From: a virus
Taxonomy: Duplodnaviria; Caudoviricetes
DNA: 45,161 bases
IMG/VR virus record: IMGVR_UViG_3300048902_000090
Span: 1 to 45,161 of that record
Reading direction: 5' to 3' (one strand)
A program made the translations under genes and the position numbers. The notes below the pieces were generated by a model. That model was not told the DNA's origin, did not search any database, and saw only the letters and a program-made list of their open reading frames with translations. The stretch's first letter is position 1. Every line of letters begins with the position of its first letter. Positions 7,533 through 17,097 of this stretch are shown here, piece by piece.

Positions 7533-10010
7533 ATGGAACGCATCTTTGCCTCGTTTAAGGATTCAAGCTCGCCGAGCACAGCGAGCTACGATCCCACCGA
7601 TCCCGACAGTTACGAGCAATTTCTCAATGCGATGATCAAGGACTCTCGTGACTACGAGGGTTCGGTGCTCGCGGCGAATCGGGACTATAGCCAGAAATAT
7701 TATTACGGCTTACTGCCGACGCTCTATCCCGACGATAATCCCTGGTCAGACACGACGCTGGTTCAGGACGCCGACGCGACCTACGACCAGTACAATAAAA
7801 CCGACGAGGACACGGCGAATCGGTCGACCTTCGTCTCTACCGACGTCCGCGACGCGATCATGCTGATGCTGCCCAGCCTAATCCGGCTGTTCGGCGCGTC
7901 GCAGTCGCCGGTTGAACTGGTTCCGCGCACCGCCGCCGACAGCGATATGGCGACGCAAGCCACCAACTTTGTCAACTATACGTTCTGGAACGACAATAGC
8001 GGGTTTCTGATCCTTTACGGCGCGTTCAAAGACGCGATGACGGTGAAGACCGGCTTCGTGAAATGGTGGACGGACACGCAGAGGGAGATCCGCACCAAAG
8101 TCTTCACCCACATTACCGCGCAGCAAATCCAACAGATTCTGATCGAGGACCCGTCGGCGAAACTCATCGAGATGGGGCGCCCTCTCCCGGCGCCGACGCC
8201 GCCGCCTCAGATGCAAGCTCCCCCTCAAGCCGGGATTCCCGGCATGGGACCGCCGCCTGGCCCAGGTGTCCCGTCGCCTGGGCCGGCGGCGGGTGCTCCT
8301 CCGTCGCCCCAACCTCCCATGGGCCCTCCTGGCGGAGCTCCCCCGGGCATGGGCGGTCCTCCTCCTGGCGGGCCGCCGCCCGGGATGCCGCCCCCAGCGG
8401 CGCCGCCGATGCCTCCGCCGGCGATCTATGATCGGGTGGTGTTTCAATTTGAGGTCGCCAAGCCTCTTGTCAGGATCGCGGGAGTCCCTCCGGAGGAAAT
8501 GCGGCTTGATAGGTACGCGAGAACATTTCGCGAGAGCCGGATTGTCGGGCACGAGCGCGTGGTGGCAGTCGATGAGCTCACTGCGATGGGCTACGAGCGC
8601 GAGGATCTCCTAGACTACGTTCAATCGCAGTCGATCGCCGAGTTCACTTCCGAGCCGCAAATGCGCAATCCCGGCCGGATGATGTCGACGCGCGTCGGCG
8701 ACGGCGTGATGTATGGCGAGTGGTACATTAAGGCCGACAAGGACGGCGACGGCGTCGCTGAGCTCCGCCACGTCATCACGATGGGCGAGAACGCGACCAT
8801 CGTCGAGGACGAGCCGGCGAACCGGATTAAATTCGCGCTGTTCTCGGTCGACCCGATCTCGCACACGATCGTCGGCGATTCGATCGCCGATCTGACGATG
8901 GACATTCAGCGGATCAAGACCAACCTGTCGCGCGCGGTGCTCGACAGCGCCGCGGAGTCCATCAATCCGAAGACCGTCATTAACGAGTTGATGGTCAATG
9001 TCGATGATGCGCTTAACGATGATTTAGGCGCGGTAATCCGGACCCGCGGGGATCCGTCGAACACTGTCGCTTTCACGAACACGCCATTTCTTGGCCAGGC
9101 GGCGCTGCCAATCATCGAATTTCTGAACGACGTGCTCCAGCGGCGTACTGGGCTGAGTGACGCAGCAAAAGGCCTCGATCCGAAGGCACTTCAAAGCTCC
9201 ACGATGATCGGCGTTGAGGCGATTATAAACGGGGCGCAAGAACGCACTGAGCTTGTCGCGCGCGTGCTCGCTGAGACGGGCTTCAAGGATCTGTTCGCTG
9301 GCCTCTACAACGAGATTTGCGAGAATCCCAGTCAGCAACGGACTCTCAAGGTCAACGGCAACTGGACCGATTACGACACCTCGACTTTCGACGCCTCGAT
9401 GGGGGTCGAAGTCAACCCAACCCTCGGCAAAGGTTCGGACACCGTCCGCCTGATGACACTGCAACAGATCAAGCAAGATCAACAGACGATTATAGCGCAA
9501 ATGGGCCTCAACAATCCGATTTGCGGCATCCCCGAGATGATGAATGTCCAAACCGACATGCTCGAGATCGCCAACATCCGAAATGTCGGGCGCTACTTCA
9601 AGATGCCCAACCCGCAACAGATGCAACAGTTGTTGACGGCGCCGAAGGAGCCCGATGCGATGACGCTGGCGGCCCAGGCGCAGTACCAGAAGGTCAAGGC
9701 GGACGCGGCTCAGGCGCTTGGCGACCAGAATATTCGCAAGGCGCAACAGGATCAGGATCACGAGCTCGCGATGGCGCAATTGCGCGAGAAGACGCTCAAC
9801 GACCAGGCGAAGCTCAACCTCCAGGCCGACCAGATTCACGCTCAGCACACTCAGGCGCTCGGGCAGATGGCGGCCGATATTTTCAAGACCGCGCACGACG
9901 GCGCGATCGACGTCCACACTCAGCACATGCAGAACGAAAGCGACCAGGCGGTTGCCGCGGCGCAAGCGGAGGCGCAAGCCGCCTCGGCTGACCAGGGAGG
10001 CGGAGCATGA
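7533..10010 (+). CDS. Portal protein, P22-like, with Pro-rich insertion
   Basis: Position, 825 aa, motifs VSTDVRD, KTGFVKWW, VPPEE; Gln/Ala-rich helical C-terminus as in a portal barrel. Confidence 0.9.
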   Translation: MERIFASFKDSSSPSTASYDPTDPDSYEQFLNAMIKDSRDYEGSVLAANRDYSQKYYYGLLPTLYPDDNPWSDTTLVQDADATYDQYNKTDEDTANRSTFVSTDVRDAIMLMLPSLIRLFGASQSPVELVPRTAADSDMATQATNFVNYTFWNDNSGFLILYGAFKDAMTVKTGFVKWWTDTQREIRTKVFTHITAQQIQQILIEDPSAKLIEMGRPLPAPTPPPQMQAPPQAGIPGMGPPPGPGVPSPGPAAGAPPSPQPPMGPPGGAPPGMGGPPPGGPPPGMPPPAAPPMPPPAIYDRVVFQFEVAKPLVRIAGVPPEEMRLDRYARTFRESRIVGHERVVAVDELTAMGYEREDLLDYVQSQSIAEFTSEPQMRNPGRMMSTRVGDGVMYGEWYIKADKDGDGVAELRHVITMGENATIVEDEPANRIKFALFSVDPISHTIVGDSIADLTMDIQRIKTNLSRAVLDSAAESINPKTVINELMVNVDDALNDDLGAVIRTRGDPSNTVAFTNTPFLGQAALPIIEFLNDVLQRRTGLSDAAKGLDPKALQSSTMIGVEAIINGAQERTELVARVLAETGFKDLFAGLYNEICENPSQQRTLKVNGNWTDYDTSTFDASMGVEVNPTLGKGSDTVRLMTLQQIKQDQQTIIAQMGLNNPICGIPEMMNVQTDMLEIANIRNVGRYFKMPNPQQMQQLLTAPKEPDAMTLAAQAQYQKVKADAAQALGDQNIRKAQQDQDHELAMAQLREKTLNDQAKLNLQADQIHAQHTQALGQMAADIFKTAHDGAIDVHTQHMQNESDQAVAAAQAEAQAASADQGGGA

Positions 10011-10309
10011 CCGGATTCTCGCGCGCCGATCCGCTGCAGCCTGACGAGCGGGCGAAGGACACCGACGCCAAGCGCGCGCTTTTCCTCGAGGCGAAGGAGC
10101 TCACCGACGAGAAGGGCGTGTTCTTCCTCGCGGTCAGGTCGGTGCGGGCGCGCTGGTACGCCGAACTGATGGACGCGGTCGAGCGCGACAAGAAGGCGGA
10201 TCTCTTGGCGCGGCTGAAGTGCCTCGACGAGATCCCGCGCGAGATCCAGCGATTTGTGAGCGATTACACGATGGTGATGAACAAGGCGAAGCATGCCAGA
10301 GGGAATTGA
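10007..10309 (+). CDS. Hypothetical head-module protein
   Basis: Coupled between portal and scaffold; helical. Confidence 0.75.
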   Translation: MTGFSRADPLQPDERAKDTDAKRALFLEAKELTDEKGVFFLAVRSVRARWYAELMDAVERDKKADLLARLKCLDEIPREIQRFVSDYTMVMNKAKHARGN

Positions 10310-11528
10310 CGAGGCCGCCTCCGCCTTTGCGCGGGCGATCGATCCGTCGCCTCAACCGGGCGAAGGCGCAGCTGGCGATCGCACGCCGCGCCGCGACGAC
10401 GCCGGCCGCTTTGCCGCGGTGGCTGAGAAGCCCGAACCTTTCCTTCAGATCCGGATGCTTGAGGGCGATCCGGAAACCGGCGACACGAGCGACGCCGGCG
10501 ATGATCCACGCCTTCGTCAGCGCGAAAGGGACGTTGCAGATGGTCGGTTTGACGAGAGGCAAGACGTTCAAGCCCAAAGGCAATCCCGCCAAGCGGCCGC
10601 CGAAACTGTGCGGGAGGGTCGCGAACGATCTCTGGCCGAACCCGGCGAGGAGCGCGGCAGGACCGCCGCCGACGATGGACACTCAAGAGCCGCGGATGGC
10701 GAAGACAACGCCGAAGCCGACGCCGCCGGCGATGAAGCGGGTGAAGGGGAATCGGGCGACGACGACCTCGAAAACTCCCAGTTTGAAATCACCGTCGACG
10801 GGACTCCCCAAACAGTTTCGTTAGGCGAGCTCCGCGACGGTTACATTCGCACCGCGACGTTTCACTCGCGCCTGAACAAGGTCAACGAGCGCAAGCAGGA
10901 GGTCGACCAGGAGAACGCGCGCGTCGTTCAGATGCGCGATCTCTACATCAACGGGCTTTACGCGCTCGATCAGGACCTGCAGGCGCTTGCGCCGACGGAG
11001 CCGGATTGGGACAAGGAATACGAGCGCGATCCGTTGTCGGCGCGGCGCCGGCAGAAGGAATTCGAGGCTTATCACCAGAAGCTGAACACGATTCGCGGTC
11101 AGCGCGCCTGGGCGATTCAGAACGCCCGCGAGGAGCACGATCGCGCTTCTGCGAAATATGCGGTAGAGCAATTCACACAATTCGTTGCTGAGCACTCAAA
11201 GCTCATCAAGGATGAGCCAACTCTGCAGAGAGTCATCGGTGGGATGCGCAAGACCGCGCTCGCCGAAGGCTTTAACGAAGTAGAGGTGGCAGGAGTCTAC
11301 GACAAGCGGATGCTTAACATCCTGCTTAAGGCGTGGCTCTACGACCAGGGGATGGCGGTAAGACCCCAAGCGGTCCTCCCCGGTTCAGGCAGGTCATTGG
11401 TACCCGGTTCGGCTAGGCCCATTAATGGGAGTGCGGGACGCCGGAACATCGATGAAGCCAGCAAGCAGTTAGCTCGCACAGGAAAGCTGGAAGACGCGAC
11501 AGCGTATTTCCAGAGGCTTCTCTCATGA
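10293..11528 (+). CDS. Capsid scaffolding protein
   Basis: Acidic disordered N-half, ITVDG..VSLGELRDGY motif, coiled coils, directly before capsid. Confidence 0.8.
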   Translation: MPEGIDEAASAFARAIDPSPQPGEGAAGDRTPRRDDAGRFAAVAEKPEPFLQIRMLEGDPETGDTSDAGDDPRLRQRERDVADGRFDERQDVQAQRQSRQAAAETVREGRERSLAEPGEERGRTAADDGHSRAADGEDNAEADAAGDEAGEGESGDDDLENSQFEITVDGTPQTVSLGELRDGYIRTATFHSRLNKVNERKQEVDQENARVVQMRDLYINGLYALDQDLQALAPTEPDWDKEYERDPLSARRRQKEFEAYHQKLNTIRGQRAWAIQNAREEHDRASAKYAVEQFTQFVAEHSKLIKDEPTLQRVIGGMRKTALAEGFNEVEVAGVYDKRMLNILLKAWLYDQGMAVRPQAVLPGSGRSLVPGSARPINGSAGRRNIDEASKQLARTGKLEDATAYFQRLLS

Positions 11529-11546
11529 TCCGGAGTATAAATCACC

Positions 11547-12569
11547 ATGGCCAAAGTAGGCAACGCCTTTACTACTTATTTTGCAACTGGGAATCGAGAA
11601 GATCTCAGCAACGCCATCTACAATATAGATCCCTTCGATACTCCAGTTATGTCTGCTATACGCAGACGTAACGTAAAGAACCGACTATTCGACTGGCAAA
11701 TCGAATTTTTGCCAATCGTAGCACTTCCGGCGCCTGACATTAGTGCAAATGCTCAGGTGGAAGGGTTTCAACTCGTCAATAAAGCGGCACAACCGACTGT
11801 ACGTCAGAACAATGTCACGCAGATTAGCGAGCGTGATGCTACCGTTTCTGGCTCGCAAGAGGAGTCCGACGCTGCCGGCAAGGGGTCAGAAATGGCCCAC
11901 CAGATGGCGATGACTTCGAAAGTGCTTAAGAGCGACATGGAAGTTGCTTTGTGCTCTCGTCAGCCCAGGCAGGACGGCTCGGACGACGGCACCACGCAGA
12001 CGGCGCGCGTCACTGAGGGCTTTGCCCATTGGCTCGGCCGCGCTCGATCGAAGCCGACCACCGCGGCGCCCACCGGTAATCCCGCCGGCGCGATCGCGCC
12101 TGGCTCGGTGACCACGGGACTGCCGACGACGGCGACCGGCGCGTTCCCGGTGCCCTCCACGCCCGCGGCCATAACGGAAGATATGCTCGGTGACGCGATG
12201 CAACTTGCGTATACCAACGGAGCTTCCCCGACTCTCTGGGTGGTCCCCCCAGGCCCTAAGAGAACTGTCAGTACATTCGTCGGTCGATCAACAACTCAGG
12301 TGCTCGTCGGCAAGACAGAAGTGGTCTCTACTGTCGATGTACTGGCGACAGACTTTGGTCGCGTGAAGTGCATACCTTCACGTTGGCTACAGCCTGACAT
12401 CGCCCTTCTGATCGATCCGGATTATGCTGCGGTGGCGTTTTTCCGAAGCTTCCGCCAGTATTTGATGGCTCGCATCGGTGACGCTGAAAGCAGAATGATC
12501 GTTGTCGAGTGGGGATTGGAGATGAGAAACTCTCTAGCCCACATTCTTTTCAACGGCATTACTGCTTAA
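11547..12569 (+). CDS. Major capsid protein (DUF5309/SU10-like)
   Basis: GNREDLSNAIYNIDPFDTP, NVTQI, VSGSQ, K.DME, TDFG motifs. Confidence 0.9.
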   Translation: MAKVGNAFTTYFATGNREDLSNAIYNIDPFDTPVMSAIRRRNVKNRLFDWQIEFLPIVALPAPDISANAQVEGFQLVNKAAQPTVRQNNVTQISERDATVSGSQEESDAAGKGSEMAHQMAMTSKVLKSDMEVALCSRQPRQDGSDDGTTQTARVTEGFAHWLGRARSKPTTAAPTGNPAGAIAPGSVTTGLPTTATGAFPVPSTPAAITEDMLGDAMQLAYTNGASPTLWVVPPGPKRTVSTFVGRSTTQVLVGKTEVVSTVDVLATDFGRVKCIPSRWLQPDIALLIDPDYAAVAFFRSFRQYLMARIGDAESRMIVVEWGLEMRNSLAHILFNGITA

Positions 12570-12580
12570 GGACGTCTCTG

Positions 12581-12880
12581 ATGTCAGAGACGAGGCGACT
12601 GTACATGGTCGACGGCGGAATCGTCCGTGAGACGATCTACGACGACGCGGACGGTCGCCTCGTTGTCAACATGCGGCAGAATCTCGACGAGATCCTGGCC
12701 GGCATTGCGCGCGACCAGGACAATATGCGCCGCACCACCATGAAAAAGGTCGCGACGCTGCCGGCATTCGTCGTCGAGGACCTGACCCATCGCGGCATTT
12801 ACGACGATCCCGACGCCTTCGACGCCTGGCTGAACTCGAGCGAAGCGGACCCGTGGCGGGTCTGGAAAGGCCGGGTATGA
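12581..12880 (+). CDS. Hypothetical protein downstream of capsid
   Basis: AAGGA SD before MSETRRLY; VATLP...WLN...WRVWKGRV. Confidence 0.75.
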   Translation: MSETRRLYMVDGGIVRETIYDDADGRLVVNMRQNLDEILAGIARDQDNMRRTTMKKVATLPAFVVEDLTHRGIYDDPDAFDAWLNSSEADPWRVWKGRV

Positions 12881-13320
12881 CCGCGCTGACCGAACATTTC
12901 GCCCTCGAGGAGTTCACCGATAGCCAGACGGCGGCGCGGATGGGGATTCCCAACGTGCCGAAAGGCCAGGATCTCGAAAATGTCCGTCGCACCGCGGAAG
13001 TGATGGAGAAGGTCCGCGCCCTTCTCGGCGACCTGCCGATCCTGATCTCGTCCGGCTATCGGGCGCCGAAGGTTAACGCCGCGGTCGGCGGCGCTTCGAA
13101 TAGCGCGCATGTCTACGGGCTCGCGGCTGACTTTACCTGTCCCGGTTTCGGCACGCCGAAGGAGATCTGCAAGAAGCTCGAGCCGCACATGCGCGAGCTC
13201 GGCATCGATCAGCTTATCCACGAGTACAAAACCTGGGTTCATCTCGGTTTGACCCATGGTGATCCCCGCCACATGGCCCTGACGATCGACACGGGGGGCA
13301 CGCGCCATGGGTTCGCATGA
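12877..13320 (+). CDS. Endolysin, peptidase M15 family Zn peptidase
   Basis: HFALEEF, ISSGYR, SAH..G.AADF, WVH motifs. Confidence 0.9.
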   Translation: MTALTEHFALEEFTDSQTAARMGIPNVPKGQDLENVRRTAEVMEKVRALLGDLPILISSGYRAPKVNAAVGGASNSAHVYGLAADFTCPGFGTPKEICKKLEPHMRELGIDQLIHEYKTWVHLGLTHGDPRHMALTIDTGGTRHGFA

Positions 13321-13619
13321 CCGATCCGCTCATCGTTCCGCCGCCGTCGCCGAAGATCTTCGACTATCCCGGCGCGGTTGGGGTCGCCTTCTTGATCGCC
13401 TTCACAACCGGGCTCCTGTTCGTGTCGGGCAAGTGGGATCCAACCGGCGGAGTCCTGACGATCTCGCTTCTGATCGTTCTGGCGATGATCGGCGCGGTCG
13501 TCTTCTCGCTGTTTTTCACCATCCCGGTCGACCAATCGACGGCCGCTCTGATCGGAGGCCTCACAGCTGCGTTCGGCGCCGTCGTCACCCATTGGCTAGG
13601 TAGGAGGAAAGACCAATGA
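13317..13619 (+). CDS. Putative holin (3 TM)
   Basis: Three hydrophobic segments, basic C-terminus, coupled to the endolysin. Confidence 0.65.
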   Translation: MTDPLIVPPPSPKIFDYPGAVGVAFLIAFTTGLLFVSGKWDPTGGVLTISLLIVLAMIGAVVFSLFFTIPVDQSTAALIGGLTAAFGAVVTHWLGRRKDQ

Positions 13620-13789
13620 GCCCGCTCGGCATCGTCATCGTCGTCATCCTGATCTTGGCGCTGTTCGGCGGCTTGGGCGGTGAGCGCTGGGGCGTGCCCT
13701 ACGGCTATGGCGCCGGCCACTATGGCGTCGGCGGCGTCGGGCTGATCCTGATCATTGTCGTCGTCCTCTTGCTGATGGGGCGACTGTGA
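13616..13789 (+). CDS. DUF3309-like small membrane protein (57 aa, not in ORF track)
   Basis: AGGAGG SD; MSPLGIVIVVILILALFGGLGGERWGVPYGYGAGHYGVGGVGLILIIVVVLLLMGRL. Confidence 0.8.
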   Translation: MSPLGIVIVVILILALFGGLGGERWGVPYGYGAGHYGVGGVGLILIIVVVLLLMGRL

Positions 13790-14412
13790 CCGACTTCGCG
13801 GACTTCACGACGCAGATCAAGGAATGGGCCAATCGCGAGGATTGGTCCGACGTCCTGACGACGTCGTTCGTCCGCATGGCTGAACAGAAGCTCAACGCCG
13901 AGCTCCGAGTCTCGCGGATGATCAAGCCCGCGATCATCACCTCGACGCAGCGCTGCGCCACGGTGCCCGACGATTGGCTCGAGTTCGACCTGGTCGAGAT
14001 GGCGAACACCAACGTGTCAGGCGGCTGGGCGCCGATTCGTTACAAGCCGCGCGAGGAATTCCTGCAGTTGCCGGATAAGTGGAGCTTTCGCTACTACACA
14101 ATCGAGGGGCGAACGATTTTTTTCGGCGGGACTCCCGATGACGTCGAGGGAGTCCAGTTTCAGATCTTTTACTTCGCGGAAGTGCCGGTCTTTTCCGACG
14201 CGCTGAATAGCTGGGTCTACACCAAATATCCGTCATTGTACCTCTCGGCCGCGTTGATGCACGCCTACATGCACGCGGTCGGCGAAGAGGCCCAGGCGGC
14301 CGGCGCCAAGCAACTCACCGAAGACACGATCGGGAAGCTTAACAACGAATACAAGCTGTCGAAGGCGAGCGGCTCGAGGCTGACGCGGACGCACGTAAGA
14401 TCGTTCGGCTAG
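13786..14412 (+). CDS. Head-tail adaptor protein
   Basis: WANREDW...FVRMAEQKLNAELRV and YPSLYLSAAL patterns typical of podovirus adaptors; position. Confidence 0.75.
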   Translation: MTDFADFTTQIKEWANREDWSDVLTTSFVRMAEQKLNAELRVSRMIKPAIITSTQRCATVPDDWLEFDLVEMANTNVSGGWAPIRYKPREEFLQLPDKWSFRYYTIEGRTIFFGGTPDDVEGVQFQIFYFAEVPVFSDALNSWVYTKYPSLYLSAALMHAYMHAVGEEAQAAGAKQLTEDTIGKLNNEYKLSKASGSRLTRTHVRSFG

Positions 14413-14421
14413 GAGGCGCCG

Positions 14422-17097
14422 ATTAACGACCAGTGGAAGACTCCCAACGGCGATCCGATCGCCAACGATTGGGCTCCTGGTCTGCCGCCGAATGGCGAGT
14501 GGCAGGACGGCTGTGGCTGCGAACCGCCTGGCGGCATGGCGAGTGTCGAGGGGATTACCGTCACCGGCGTGCCAGGGACGATAAGCTCGCTCTACTGGCA
14601 GGTTGCGCTTAACGACGGCGCGGAGCCGCCGAATTACGCCGTCAATCACTTAGACGGGCAAGGCGGAGTCGTTTCGACTCCGATGACGATCTCGGGCCTC
14701 GATTCGACGGTCGAGTTCAACGAGCCGGTGATGCTGTCGCGCGATCCGGTCGAGGACATGGAGGCGGCGACCAAGCAATACGCCGACGCGCATGGCGGTA
14801 TTCCCGACGCGCCGGCGGTCAACTGGTATTACGGCCGCTTCAACGAAGCCTGGGCGACGATTCCGATCCAGAGCGACGCGCCGAGCGACGGGCAATCCTA
14901 CGTCCGAAGCAACAACGCCTGGTCGCTCGCCTTCGACGGCAGCGGCTATCTGCCCCTGACCGGCGGCACGATCACCGGCAACCTGACGGTGACCGGCGTC
15001 ACCACAATTCAGGGCCCGAACAGCTTCGTGCTCAGCGCGCCGGCGGGCAATCAGCGCGCCATTCTCGGCCAGACCGGAACCTTGAGCCGCTGGCAACTGC
15101 AGCTTGGCGACCAGATCGCGGAGGGAGTGGGCAACGCCGGTTCGAACTTCTCCCTGACCGCTTACACCAATCTCGGCGGTTTCCTCGGCACTTGGCTGTC
15201 GATCTCGCGCGCCGACGGCACCGCGGCGTTCGCCGGCCACGTCAACATCAACCAGGGCTTGGCGGTCAACGGGCTCCTGGCGGTCAACGACATCACCAAT
15301 TTCTACGTTCCTGGCGGCACGGCCGGCCAGGTGATGACGACCAATGGCACGGGCGGGCTGTCGTGGACGACGCCCAGCGGCGGCGGCGGGCCGAGCGGGC
15401 CTCCGGTGACCATCGGCGACACACCCCCCTCCAGCCCCGCCGTAGGGGCTCTGTGGTGGGATAGCGTCGGCGGGCAATTGTACGTCTGGTACTCGGACGC
15501 CAATTCGAGCCAGTGGGTGGTTGCCAACAATGGCGGGGGCGGGAGTGGCGGCAGCTATCTTCCGCTTTCGGGCGGAACGCTCACGGGCGCGCTTAATGGC
15601 ACGACAGGGGCGTTCAGCGGCGCGGTGGCGGCGAACGGGTTGTGGAGCGTTTCGCCTGGAGGGGCGGGCGGGATCGTCATGCAAGCCGACATGGGCAATA
15701 GCCTGTTCGGCCAGAAGGGAACGGCGGGGGCGGCGCGAACACGCTGGGAGGTTGCGCTTGGCGACGGGGCGACGGAAAGCGGCTCGAACGCCGGGTCGAA
15801 CTTCAGCCTCACTCGCTACAACGACGCTGGTTCTTCTATCGACACGCCGCTGTCGATCAACCGCGCCACCGGCTCGGTGACGCTCACCGGCCTTCTTACC
15901 GCGCCCGGACTGACGCTGACTTACAGCAACAACTACATCGATGTTCCACAGAACATCAACGCAAGAATTTACGCCCGAAAGGCCGGGTTGAACCGTTGGT
16001 CGCTTGACCTCGGCACTGCCTTTCCCAGTGAGAGCGGCAGCAACAGCGGGTCGGATTTTGCTCTGACTGCTTGGGCCGACAACGGCGGGAGTTTGTCGAC
16101 GCCGCTGACGATCAGCCGCGCCACCGGGTCGGCGACCTTCGCCGCAAATCCGAAGATCCAGCCTACATCTGGCGACGCCTCGCTGACGCTATCCACTCCT
16201 GCGGGGCAGCGTCGAGATTTTTTCTTCGACACTGGGGCCAATCATCGCTGGTCGATGACCACCAATCAAACTGCGGAGACCGGTTCGAGCGCCGGGTCTG
16301 ATTTCGGCATTGTTAGCTACACCGATGCGGGTGTGCAAAACACGCCGTTTTTCATCAACCGCGCGACCGGCAGCGCAACGTTCAACTTCAGTCTGACCGT
16401 CAGCGCCACTCTGGGCGTCAGCGGTTCAGCGACTGTGACGGGCAACATCGTCTCCAACAGCGGCGTTTTTTCGCGCTCAAATGCGACTGCGGCTGTCGTG
16501 CTTGGTCGCGCCTCAGATGGGCAAGCCCGCGCGCAATTCTATCAGGGCACCGACAATCAGGCCGTCATTCAGGACATTCTAGCGACTGGTTCGCCCTATT
16601 TGGTCATCGGCAACGGCGGCGCGAATGCGTCTGGCTTCTCCTCCACCACCGTCTACAAGCCCGGTGGCGGCGCGTTCGCCGACTCCTCCGACGAGCGCAT
16701 CAAGAACATCGTGGGCGACTATGACGTCGGCCTCGACGAGGTGCTGCAGCTTCGCCCGGTCGTCTACACCTTCAAGGGCAACGACACGACGACCGACGAC
16801 ATCAGTCGGGAAGTCGGCGACCACAGCCCTCAAGTCAAGGCAGTCGAGGCCGCGCCTTATCCGGCCTCGCCGCACTACAACGACGCCGTCGCTGGAACCG
16901 AGTTCGTCGGCTTCGTCGCGCAGGAGGTCGAGCAAGTCTTCCCCGATATGGTGGGCCAGCGCGAAGGCTATATCGACGGCGAGAAAGTCGCCGATCTGCG
17001 CGACGTCGACACCACGAGGCTGATCTTCGCGCTCGTCAACGCGGTCAAGACTCTCACCGCGCGCGTCTCCGAATTGGAGGCGGCTCGTGGCGCTTGA
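14422..17097 (+). CDS. Tail fibre with C-terminal peptidase S74-type chaperone
   Basis: YLPLTGGT motifs, four RW...GS.F...I.RA.G repeats, SDERIKN...GFVAQEVE..FP and terminal coiled coil. Start uncertain: ATT 14422 (strong SD) or ATG 14536. Confidence 0.85.
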   Translation: MNDQWKTPNGDPIANDWAPGLPPNGEWQDGCGCEPPGGMASVEGITVTGVPGTISSLYWQVALNDGAEPPNYAVNHLDGQGGVVSTPMTISGLDSTVEFNEPVMLSRDPVEDMEAATKQYADAHGGIPDAPAVNWYYGRFNEAWATIPIQSDAPSDGQSYVRSNNAWSLAFDGSGYLPLTGGTITGNLTVTGVTTIQGPNSFVLSAPAGNQRAILGQTGTLSRWQLQLGDQIAEGVGNAGSNFSLTAYTNLGGFLGTWLSISRADGTAAFAGHVNINQGLAVNGLLAVNDITNFYVPGGTAGQVMTTNGTGGLSWTTPSGGGGPSGPPVTIGDTPPSSPAVGALWWDSVGGQLYVWYSDANSSQWVVANNGGGGSGGSYLPLSGGTLTGALNGTTGAFSGAVAANGLWSVSPGGAGGIVMQADMGNSLFGQKGTAGAARTRWEVALGDGATESGSNAGSNFSLTRYNDAGSSIDTPLSINRATGSVTLTGLLTAPGLTLTYSNNYIDVPQNINARIYARKAGLNRWSLDLGTAFPSESGSNSGSDFALTAWADNGGSLSTPLTISRATGSATFAANPKIQPTSGDASLTLSTPAGQRRDFFFDTGANHRWSMTTNQTAETGSSAGSDFGIVSYTDAGVQNTPFFINRATGSATFNFSLTVSATLGVSGSATVTGNIVSNSGVFSRSNATAAVVLGRASDGQARAQFYQGTDNQAVIQDILATGSPYLVIGNGGANASGFSSTTVYKPGGGAFADSSDERIKNIVGDYDVGLDEVLQLRPVVYTFKGNDTTTDDISREVGDHSPQVKAVEAAPYPASPHYNDAVAGTEFVGFVAQEVEQVFPDMVGQREGYIDGEKVADLRDVDTTRLIFALVNAVKTLTARVSELEAARGA

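Noticed and set aside
11547-12569. Alternative genetic code or stop-codon reassignment
   Set aside because: Core genes are full length under the standard code, and TAG ends terL and other genes normally
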